This document shows positions 1-11,300 of a DNA stretch of 64,000 bases, in pieces (position 1 is the first letter of the stretch; every line of letters starts with the position of its first letter). This stretch comes from Lepidodermella squamata (lineage: Eukaryota > Animalia > Gastrotricha). A model generated the notes under the pieces. That model was not told the DNA's origin, made no database searches, and saw nothing but the letters and a program-made list of their open reading frames with translations. Made by a program: the position numbers and the translations under genes. Location: positions 2,542,001-2,606,000 of the forward strand of contig JBLDXI010000015.1 in assembly GCA_047495785.1 (NCBI GenBank), written 5' to 3'.

Positions 1-1775
1 AGTATCTATAACCGACTGCTTCCGGGCTGATTCGCTCTCGCAAAGTTTTTCACAAAAATCACTGCACGCTGTGTTGTACAACTCGACAGGGAAGCATGCG
101 ATCCGGCCTAAAATATCGACAAAAATCGTCCAGGCCACGGAATTCGGAACGGATTTCGACGTTTTCGCGAAAAAATGACGCGCGAAAAACGTCTCTGCAA
201 TAAAAATCGCAATCGATATCATAACAATATCGATATGGCACGCCAAAATTGAAAATTGTTGAGACGACCTCGGTAATTCGTCCCGAATTGAAAAATTCAA
301 AATTGAAATTGCAATCAAATTAGCGGCGGAGAAAAATAATCGATTCGATGAATCATCAACCGGTAGAAAGTGCGCGAGAACTTGCAGGGTGGCTACAATT
401 AAAACCGGCCCTATCATCGTAGTGACGAAATAAAACGATTTTCGCTGCAGTGATAACGTGAAATCAACCCTTGAAAAATTGAAGTAAACATCGCCGTAGG
501 TGATTATCGAAGTTTTAGCCGCTGTTTTAGCCACTTGCCACAAGTTGTTTGTAGCGAAATGAGCCGAACTCAACGTAATCGATTTGCCGGTTGCGTTTAA
601 AAAATTAACTGGGTAGGACCAGCTTTCTAATCGGACGACGCACGTTTGATTATCGAATGGGAAGTAAGTGATGTCGAAATCGCATCGGGTAGCGAATTTC
701 CCAGCTGGTACCCATAAAACATTCCCGGTATAATCGACAACGGCAGCAAAGCGCTGGTTTCGAGTGATTGAAAACAGCTCAGGCGTGTTGATTAGGCCTA
801 AATCGGGTGTCCATATGTGTTCACTGGGTAGAACTATCCATTGAATGCCGCCAAACTGGCTTGGGCTCCATGACAAACGATCGTCGAGCCAGCCCTGAAT
901 TTATAACATTTTAGAATATTTTTTTTCAAATTTTTCAAATTTTTAATTTTCAATAATGTCAAAGGGCTACTTTCGAATAATCTGGCGGTTTTTATACCAA
1001 AATAAAATTCAGAAAACTCCCTATCGATTGAACATGGGATGTTGGGCGAAAAAACAAACTGGAAAATAATTTAAGAGTACTCTCTTAAATTCTGTGTGCG
1101 TGAGGAGTTCCAGCACACAACCGGCTCACAGCTTGGTGTGCGCATGATATTTTTTTGGCATTTATTTCTTCATGCGATTGAGACCCTATATTCAATCGAT
1201 AGCCTATTGCCCGAGCTCTATTTTGGTATAAAAACCGCCACAACATTCGACAGTTTCCCTTTGACATCATAGCGTGCCAAACTTTGGACTTCGCGCACAC
1301 TTTTCCTCCCACTTTTTAGGGTGTCTAAAAATGAGCAAAATTAACCAGTTTGAAATAAGCGGTGATGGTCATTTCCTGGTCGCTTTCGGAGACACTATTG
1401 ATTTTTAAGATAACCATCTCGATACTGACGCGGACTGAATCGTCATCCCCGCCGCATGGTCGAGCCTCCTTAACATACCTCCTGCCATACAAAATATTTC
1501 TAAATAACTCAGCTTCCCAGTCATCTATGAAAATAGTTTTTTGATTGGCTTTATTTTATTTTATTTTCGAAAGATTTACGTCTCGACATTTGTTGAACTT
1601 CGGGCGGTGGCGTTGCGAATCGTTCATTGCCGGTTGTAGTCGACGATTTTAGCGTTGTGGTAGTTTTCAGGTAGTTATTGAAACGGGTTATCTGCTCAAC
1701 TCCCGGGGGTCGGTTCGTTTTTTGACCCCAGGCACCGATAACAGCAAAAAATATCAGGTTACAAAAGTGTTGCAT
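1..1775 (-). CDS. Cys-loop ligand-gated ion channel subunit (nAChR-like, non-alpha), 3' end runs off the window
   Basis: Exons 1775-1580 (signal peptide MQHFCNLIFFAVIGAWG), 1524-1346 and 894-1 with GT-AG introns. Manual translation gives WTPDLGLIN, Cys-loop CDFDITYFPFDNQTC, ESWSY and M1-M3. The main exon is absent from the ORF track. Confidence 0.92.
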
Positions 1776-2316
1776 AGTTTTTATTTCATTTACGCCAGAC
1801 TGCCAAAAATAGAGAAAAAACTAGATTATTATTAGTTTTACCAGCATTGTACCGGAAAAGTGGTGACTTGTAGGGACCGGAAAGCGCTCCGCAGTCTTGT
1901 CTTTGTTCGCCAGCTATTCACTCGGGGCCAAAGTGCAGTAAATCACGCAGGGTCCTCGCGGATGACCGGAACCGCAATGACAGAACTGTCATTACGACAG
2001 AGTAACCAGCAGCAAAAAAACCCAACGCATGAAAAAACTCGACTCTAAATGATTGATTGGCATGCCTGGCTTTTATTATATCCAATGTGTGAGTTGTTTG
2101 AATCGAAAATCGACAAAGGACACAGCGAACGAGAAGCTTCTCAGGAATTATAGCTAAAATTTGACCGAATTCAATGTTTCCTCCTGGGTTCTAATTAACC
2201 TAATTATATTGGAACTCGAATAGTTTTGAGTAATTACATGAGTATTGCGAAATATTGCAAAATATTGAAAATGAAGAGGTGTCCTAACTCAAAGATTTCC
2301 CATATAGAGATAGATT

Positions 2317-4620
2317 TCACGCAGGAATGATCATGCCAGTATTTGCTGGGCTGTTCAAGTTCAAGTTGTTGGACGATCGACGCAAGCCGCCTAGAAAATC
2401 AGACGGTCGCAACGCCCGATTTTTATCAGGCACCGGCTTGGCAACAGCTGTAAGTTTCATGCTGATCAGTATCAGGCAAATTGCAGAGAGTAACAAAAGT
2501 CCGATTGAAATGACCAATTCGAGCATAACCGAATCTGACGAAATGAAAGAAATCGCCACAACGCCCATGAACAAAGTGATTGCCACAATGAATAGAAGAA
2601 CTACACGCTTGGCCTCTGAGTTGTATTTGAAATATGGGAGTGACCGTAACTTCAGCGCGAAACCAGCTCCCATCAACAGGACAGCGAAATTACACGCAAT
2701 AAGAGCGGCTAAAAACTCGCCTGAGTAATTGTCCGATTTGCACTCTAGATATTTCGGGGTGATGTACGTGTCTATCTCTTCAAAGTATTTCCGTGAAGCG
2801 AGACTATCGTTCGTGACGGCTTTTAACGGATCGATACAAGTCCAAGCAATGCAGATCGATGAACAAACCAAAGGAAAAATGATGGATAGTTTAACATTGT
2901 ATCGGGTGGTTTTTTCCGCAGTCAAATCTCTTGTTTCCTTGTAAGACTCTCTGAGACACAACACTAAGGTTGCAACTAGATGAGAAACTCCCAACGTTGT
3001 AGCGAAAAGTGAAAAGAGACAGGACGAGTCTGTCTTGCAGGATGTGGGAGTTGCAACCGCTATAGACGCGGCGCAATTCAAGACAATCGATAGTTTGAAG
3101 TAGTAGAGATAAGTCGTGATGTACCTTTTTTCATGGTCGCGAAATTTCGTGATCAGAAACGCAAGAGAACACAACGAAATAAGGACAGCTAGAGCACTTA
3201 TCACCGAAAAGACACCAGGCCTCATTCCTGTGTCGATTTCCGTCTCGAGCGGGCCATCCAGGGGAATTTCAGCTAGGGCCTCCATAACCTTGAAATCATA
3301 ATAGGACGAATTCAAAAGAGTAGATTGACTTTTCCCGTTGAATGTAATCGCATATCGAACAACCAAGCCCCGATCACTGTACCACTGCGAGACAAGTTGC
3401 GGCTCGTTGTCGAATTCCATGCGTTCTGAGTAGCGAAAATCTCCATGCCTCAAATTTCGAATCACCAACGCTCCAGCACTTCTGTTTGCAACAGATGCGA
3501 CCAACTTCGGCTTTTCAAAATAGTTCTTCAAAGTAAGGTTAAGTTTCTTGAGTTCATTCTCAGTGTTATGAAGCGTCATCAGTCCATGAAGAGCGATGTC
3601 GTAGCACAGATGGCGGAAGACATAGTCTGACCGAAAAGTGCCATTAGTTAACGTCTGGTAAATGACTTCAAAATCTGAAATAGAATGGCCTAAAGATGTT
3701 TTCCCGACGGGTGGAATTGGCGCGTCGTAAGGCGGGCCGACGAAGAGCGTTCGTTTCAGCTGATCATAGAACTTCTCCCGGCTACACCACGGAGGGTAGA
3801 ACGAGTCCGGCCACCCGGAAGGTAAGGTGTAAATGTGCGTGCCTGAAATAAACATGTACCTGGGCCCTCTGATGCCAACATTGTAGGCTCGGCAGAGAAA
3901 TAGCGGAACTTGCGCGAAAACTCCGGGGTCGACTATAAAAACGCGAATGCCAGCATTTTTCATCGCCAGCTAAACGTGGTCGTTCGAATCAGTAAGAGCC
4001 TCCATAGAGACAACTTTGATGTCAACCTTTGGAGCAAGTTCCAACACCATGTTTGCCAACTCTTGATTCAACGTGTTACCGTCCATATTTAACACAATTC
4101 CCACCTTTCGCCAACGTGCTATCATTCTTATGAACTGAACTCTTCCATAGATTGCAATTTGGGCCGATGATCGAATTCGGTACATGTTAGGATAAACATC
4201 TCGTCTAGCAGTTTGAGATGGAGCTGTACAACTTAATGCGATCATCACCAAGTCAACTTGGGCAGCTAGACGGCCCCAAGCCACACAGCCTGGGGTGTAC
4301 GTCGTTCCTAGCACTATTGGCGATATTAAGGTAGAATTATCGGTAAACTGGGAGAATTGCATGACATTTCTCACAACTCTAGTTGAAACAGCGCCTTCGT
4401 CCTGAAATACTAGGTCGATATGGTAGTCTGGTAGAATGTCATCCCGATTGTTCACAATATCGACCACCTTACGCTGAGTGGCAGCACAGGATTCGAAGTT
4501 GAGGGGCTCATTACCGGTGAAAGGTAACATCGACAGCATTTTCATTCGGTGGGGTTTTGTTTGGCAACTAACGGCAGCCGCGAACACGACCATGAAGAAA
4601 ATTTGACATTGGTAAGCCAT
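2317..4620 (-). CDS. Class C GPCR, GABA-B-receptor-like (Venus flytrap plus 7TM), intronless, interrupted by one in-frame TAG at 3970-3972 (possible pseudogene or readthrough)
   Basis: ORFs 3970..4620 and 2317..3963 are in the same frame. Signal peptide, VNNRDDILPDYHIDL, YPNMYRI, GIRGPRYMFI, seven hydrophobic helices and the W..IDPL and C.S motifs typical of GABA-B 7TM. Confidence 0.85.
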
Positions 4621-4663
4621 GCTTTAGTGAGGGTGAAATTATTCCGCTGTGATAGCGAGGCGC

Positions 4664-4670
4664 TTTTATA
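4664..4670 (-). promoter_or_regulatory. Putative TATA box of the class C GPCR
   Basis: TATAAAA on the minus strand ~45 nt upstream of the ATG at 4620. Confidence 0.35.
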
Positions 4671-5790
4671 AAGGTTTCTCAAGGGTCCAAAAATGCAGGA
4701 AGTGAAATAATGAAACTTGAAACGCCGTGGCAATTGACGTCTGCGGTGTGCGGAGGCTTCATCCGCACTTAGATACACCCCATAATTTAGCATGTCTGGG
4801 ACCTACATAGCTGCTTTCAGAAAACTTAAGATCTGGGACAGGGTTGAAGTTGAAGCTATCTCAGTTCACGACTAGCTCTGCTGTGACTCCGCTAGCTGCT
4901 ACTACGGGGAGTCAAACAACCGAAGTTTCTATGATTACTCAATCAGCTCAAATCACATCCCATTCAAGAAATTATCACGACCAGTGAGAAGAATTATAAT
5001 GGAGCAAATAGTGGATCAAATAGCGTAGTGGATCAAAAACATGGCTTTATATTCCAACATCCTTATCCTTATGCAACTTATGCGATGAAACAGTGCAATA
5101 TCGATATTTTCTGGCTATTTTTCCTGATCTTGGGGTTTCTTAATTCGAATGGTTTCTAGACAAACCTTGAAGCTCGATATTTTAAAAAATTAGGGTGCCA
5201 TGTCTAGAACAAATTGTCTCCATCCGAAAACAAATTCGAAAATTGTTAACCGGCTGAAGTTTCCCCAATTTATGGGTTTGAATTTGCTGTCGATAGATTC
5301 CCGCTATATTTCTAGTGCCTTATCAATTAATTTTACGATCAAATGGAAGTTAGCCGACCACCCCCAGCTGACCAGGTCTCGGTATGGCCGACCATCTTGT
5401 GGTCTATCTCATATTAGCTGTGTTGAGTCTGACACAGGAACAATATCGAGTGACACAAACTTGTAGACCGAGGACCGAGTTGCCTATGACTCGCTAAGGT
5501 TATTATGGAAAGGGTCGCCAACTTCCATGACGTATTTCATGGGCTCAAAGTCAAATAATCAGATTTTCATAGAGCAAATATCGAGTTTGAAGTCAAGCTA
5601 ATAAAATGTATCTTCAATGGAATTAAAATCAATACCACGACCATTTTTGAATGTGCTGCTGTTTATTGAGCAAACATGCAGGTTGTATATTGGGCAAAAA
5701 AACGATTTATTATTCATCCCAGTAAAATTCGCTAGCCCCTTATGTAACTCGAAGCGTAAAAATCATCGATAACAACTATATTTACAAAAG

Positions 5791-7333
5791 ATGATGCACC
5801 TGCGTGATTTTTGCAAACGACAAAAGCCATACTTCGCAGTTTTCAGCTTAATTTGTCTGTTCGCCATGCTTAACCTTATGATATGGAGCAACAGGGATTC
5901 GCCGTGCCTCATTAATTTCATCGTCGCCAACTTAACTTATCATGGCAATGATGATTCTTGCAATGAAAAGTGGCCAGATATGGAATTGATGTTGACTACG
6001 CCTTCGAATGAAGTCGGCGAAATCGAGACATCAACCTGGTTTATTCCAACTTTGGCAATGTTCTGGCCTACAAATCAGGAGTTGAAAGTATCAATTGTCA
6101 CCGATATTGAAGATCCTAACGTCCGGCAATTTGCTGATCGGGTTGAAAAACGAGCCCGGGCTTCTTTCGATGGAATCAAAGTTAGGACAGTCCTAACTCA
6201 ACGCGTGTTTCCTTGCTCGGGTTGGGACAAGTCTCAGTGGCTGAAAATGTGGGCTGATAACTGGACTAATACGACTTATGTTGGATTTGTCGATACTGAT
6301 ACGGCGTTTGTCACTAGGATTACAGGCCGGGATCTTTTCATCGATGGCAAACCTGTACTGAGGCCGCTGTATGGACGACCGAGAGAAGGCTGGCTGGGTA
6401 ATTGGCACCGAGTTCCTGGCAACACTTACGCTTATACAGGACTCAAAGGTATTGATATCAGATATAACTTAGATTTAGAGAATATAGTTAAAGGTTTAAG
6501 GTTCATAGTTTCCATAAAAATTGGACTTCAAATTTCCGAGCGGGTTCGATTCTCCTCAGAGGCCACGTTCTGTAACGTTTTTTAACTCGGGAACTGAAAT
6601 TAGTACAACTTAAATTACTTATATAATTCATAACGTATATTTCATTTCAGAAGTCTTCAATTGCATGTGCTTCTTCCCCGTCATTGTCAAAGTTGCCCAC
6701 TTGAAATTCGTCCGCGAAATCATCCGAGTGAAGCGAAATACAAAAACGTTCGACGAAGCTTTCGCTGCATTCAGCAAAAACGGCCTCTACTCCGAGTACA
6801 ACATGATGTGTACCATACTTTGGTGGCACTTTCGCGATGACTACTACTGGATTGTCAACGAGGTCGACCCGAATTGGCCGGGCCCAGCGCCTTACGGCCA
6901 AGTGGTGACTTTATCAGAGGCTGGAATCAGCAACGAAATGATATCGAGACTACGACCTCATTTATCGATCCATTGGTCTTATTTTGTACCAGGCCGATTA
7001 CCAAATGGAATTTTAGTCCACGCTCTAAGAAAAGGCTACTGCTACGGGCTGACTGAGTTCGAACTAAAGCCAGAATTCTGCGCGAATTACTCGAGGTGGC
7101 GCGAGGTGAATAGCTATGAATTTTTGTTTGAATTTGATGATTTATCAAAACGGCCATTAACTTTGCCTTCGCATATTGAGCGCTTGCGTTCAAATGAGAA
7201 ATGTCCGCATGCCTGGAACCCAATTATGGTGGCTAGGTTGAACTGGACTCTAGATAAAGATCTAACAGATTTGACCTTAATTACGGAAGATTTTATTACG
7301 TTACACACAAATGACCTCAGTGTCCATTTATGA
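5791..7333 (+). CDS. Type II membrane GT-A-fold glycosyltransferase-like protein
   Basis: Two exons joined by intron 6449-6650 (GLK-E-VFNC). N-terminal TM anchor and hydrophobic-DxD motif YVGFVDTD. Confidence 0.75.
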
Positions 7334-7464
7334 CTCTGAATTGTAAATCTGATAAAGTGTTTGATAGCATTATAAAAATTGTGAGGTATCCGGCGTCTTG
7401 ATCTTATTGAAGATTATTTGAATTAATCAATTCAGTCATCTCGTGTAATACTCAAACTTCCCGA

Positions 7465-7802
7465 TTATGAATTTGTGTTAATACAATGCGACTTGAAGTT
7501 GATTACGCAGTCACCGGGACAAGCCTGGTAGCATGCTATTTGTAAAACATGATCCGGGGGAGAATTGCATTCTGTGTCTTACGACGCCCCTCTCCTCCAA
7601 CCTAAGCTGGTCTTTTGCCAACTTCACAGGAAAGTCTGGCTCTTGAAAAGCGAATCAAACTCTCGCATGATTTGGTCCCCAAAGGTGGTCAAGGAAATGA
7701 TTATAAGCCTTTTGAAAAAACTGCATCGCAAACTCTCTCCACAATTTTGCAAATATTATGCCGTTGAATTTTTTGTTGAAGGCTGTTTTTTGTGAAAGTC
7801 GC
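7465..7802 (-). CDS. Possible unannotated small multi-exon gene with a Cys-rich C-terminus (partial model)
   Basis: Strong donor C|gtaaga (intron 7582-7536) and a 19-nt exon 7601-7583. Spliced end reads GRPCYQACPGDCVINFKSHCINTNS*. The 5' end is unresolved. Confidence 0.3.
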
Positions 7803-8398
7803 CTTATTTCAGATCAATGTAATTCAAAAACTTAGCGCAAATCATGCGTAATGTAGGATGATTCTAGAAATGCGGCGCAATGGCGAAGGTTGTTCCTATG
7901 TATGCAATGATCCTATGTGTTTTGCGCTACGGCTCAAGTACGCGTAACAGGGTCACGTTTGACGCGGGTATTCTTGCTGGGGGACTTTTTCTTGACCGGC
8001 GCTTCCGACCTGCCATCTAATTGAGACTCTTGGTTATCGAATGATATAAAAAAATCGAGAATCAACCGGGCGGTTCGATACTTTTCAGTCATCAGTATTT
8101 TCTGCCGTAAGACTGCGAGAGTTTTTGACAAAAGCACTTCACTAGCTCTACTTTATTGAAGCTGAATTAGTTTTCACAGTATGACTTATAATAGGTTTCA
8201 GCGTTTTTATTTGATTCGTCGGAGCATTAGAGTATTAGAGAAATGAGGCTGCCAACATTTTTATTCACCTGAGAAGGTTTGACAGTTTAGGATATCCTTC
8301 GTCTGAGTTTTGTGACAACTGAATTGAATAAAACGGAGAACTCAATAAAATCAATCCAATCCAATCATTATTTTTCGAGTCTTTAGGTCTGTTAAGAT

Positions 8399-11300
8399 TC
8401 AAATCGGGTAAACAACGATTTCAGCGATCGGGAGTAAACCAGGAGTGGCCCTCCTCAGAATAACGTAGCGTCCATAAGCTGGCTGCAGGCAGAATAACTC
8501 ATACGGCCGACTCGCATATCGGTAATCGAGTTCCATTAGGGGTAGAACGACGTCGCACAGCTGACTGGTTGCAGTAACGTTGGCCAGGGAGCTTCCGACT
8601 CGCAACTCGGTGTTAGTCAAACTGTAGCCATAACGATCGGCTGCAATGTAGACTAACACCCTTGAGACAACGCTTGCCAAACCCATATCGACAGCTATCC
8701 ACATTTCGGCTGATGGATCTGTAAAACATTGGAAATGAGACAAATTTCTGTCCTGATCCTAATCAAACCTATGACGTATCCCCTAGAAAGTTGATAGCGA
8801 TAACCTGCCGCTAAAGAAGCATTAGTTGTAACATCGACCAACGTTCCAACTGAAGTTTCGATTGACATGGGAAGGTTCCACGGCAGAGGGCCAGAAGTAG
8901 CAACAGATGGATTCCAGCCATGGAAGTCGCCAATATAGCTGACTCCACAGTACAAGCTGTTGGTAACACCCTGGTAGAACCCAAAAATGTCTCCATTGGT
9001 CACATTCATAGCCGTTGCAGCGTTGAATTCACTGTAAAATTACGAAAATGAACGTGGCTATAAAGAATTATGACTCACAGATATCGCCGACGCAAGGCGC
9101 CACTTGGAGCATGAATTGGAATGTTAAGACTTGATGTCAGTCGCATCGAGTTGTTGCTCACGTTTTGATAATTCTGTAAATAGCAGGTTCCTGGAGTTGT
9201 CAATGAGTTGTTTAATAGGCGACGTCTACTGAGAACCACTGTTTTCATGACCAATTCCCATTGAACGACTGATCCAGAGCAAGATGACGGTGGCGTGGCT
9301 CTGGCAACTCCTGCGGGTGATTGGTCATGAAAATCACTACTTGGCATCTCGAAAGGGGGAACCACAGGAGAGCCAATAGTGCAAACTTGGCCTGAAGCAA
9401 AGTTTGAATAGATAGGCAAATAGGTAAACAATTGGATCTTACCGGTAGAAGAAGCCTCGTTTGCAGCCGTAACGCCGTCAGTTGCTCTGTGCTTACTTCG
9501 CTCAGCTGAAGGAAACGAATTAGGTGCTAGGACGACCTTTCTATTTAGAGCGAAGTTGGTAGCTACAGAAAAATATTATTAAACAATTGATTAACGGTCG
9601 AATAGTTGTTACATCGGCTGTTATAAGCCTCGACTTGGCAGATGTCGAAACCAACATTCTTATAGGCAGATAGAATTGTAAGGTACCGGCCAGGATTTGA
9701 GTATGGATTAACCGTTAGCCTTATTTGCCTACGGTCCATAAGTTCGCCTTGGCTTATCGTTCTCGCTATTCTGGGATTCGTCAAAGCTGAAGCTGCATTA
9801 GACACTGAGTTGTTCCCAAACGTCACATCGATTGCTGGGAAAGGAGTGTCCATATCCTCCAGAGCACAGCCGTAAATTCTGACTGACAAAGCAATGTTGC
9901 CGTTCGCGTACCCAGTAGGGTAGATCCGCATGAAACGGCCGATGAGAGGATTTCGAAGAGGGACTTCTACAACCGTGGTTTTGTCTGTATTTGCTGTGAA
10001 ATCCTGAACGAAACCATTCTCGCTCTTCAACATCAGCCACTGATTGTTGTTGAAGCTGTAGCCCAACCGAAATCGAGTGACCCAGCCAGGTTTTGAGCAT
10101 ACGTTGTTACTCCCCCTCGTTTGTAGTCTCGTAACCCTAGCAATATACCCGAAAGTCACTTGCCAGAAAACCTCCCTCGCTGATTCAAATGGATCAGTTA
10201 TCGTAAAGGACCATATATTTGCAGCTTCAATCAGGCTAGATTTGAAGCCATTGCAATCTGAGTCGAAATGACTGACGGTTATAGCGTCATATTTCGTTGA
10301 GAATATCAGGCGACGATTGCAGTTTCGAACTGAAAGGGGCATTACGTAATATTGGTATTTTTATTGATTTAAGCATTAACCTTTGCAGCCTTTGAATCCA
10401 AATCTAGCTGCAGGCCAGCCGGATGAAGAGACAATTTCGAAAACGACGTATCTTGTTCTCACTGCATACGGCAATCGATTTTCGACGACTGAATTTCTAT
10501 CGCTGTTGCCAATAAAAACCTTCATCAGCAAAAAATTAATTGAACCATTAAATGGAAAGAAGAATACTGGAAATTACCATGTCTGCTCCATTCGGGTCCT
10601 TTATCCTGTAAGTGTCATCCTGCATAGTTGAAGCTAGATTCGGGCTGGAGAAAAATTTCAGCGTGAATGAAGTAACCCATTCATCTGCAACCGGACTCCC
10701 AGCGGTAAGAATCGACCTGATTTCATAGTCATTGTTGAAGGAAATCTCTACCCATACCCCGGAAGCTGCTGGTCCACGCCAGTAACCTATTACCAGATAT
10801 ATCAAACTTTTTTAAGGAGAAAATACTTGAAACAATTGCAATACACGATGGGCTGTCAATAGTCGGCATTTGGCCGCAGCTAGACGCGCTGTCCTGTGAC
10901 CATACAATCCAGTCTTCGTTTTGTAGCAATTGATACTCACAAGCACTCGGCGAAACTGAAAATAAAATTATGACCGTTAACAAGTGATAAGTGGGGTGCG
11001 GCGTATTTCTGTATTTTCCAGCAAATGGCAAAAGGTGTATATTGACTTGAAGACGGACGATTCGTGGAATCTTAGATATTCTTACTCAGCCATTCATGAG
11101 ACTTTTGAGGTTTCATAATTCAGACCTCTACGGGGCTCCCATCCACCTGAAAATTCGGGAGACCCTTAAGTGTCGCACAAAAGGCTTATATCGACTAACG
11201 GGGAAGCATTAGCATTTTTGAACACCCAACGAGATTCCTCACCTCAGATAACCCCCAGAAATCTCGCCTGAAGGAAATATAATGAATTTATTGCGCAACG

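Noticed and set aside
3970-3972. Alternative genetic code (TAG reassigned to sense)
   Set aside because: There is only one case. TAG terminates SMPD1-2 (38621-38623) at the position equivalent to the TAA of its paralog, and all other genes translate with the standard code.
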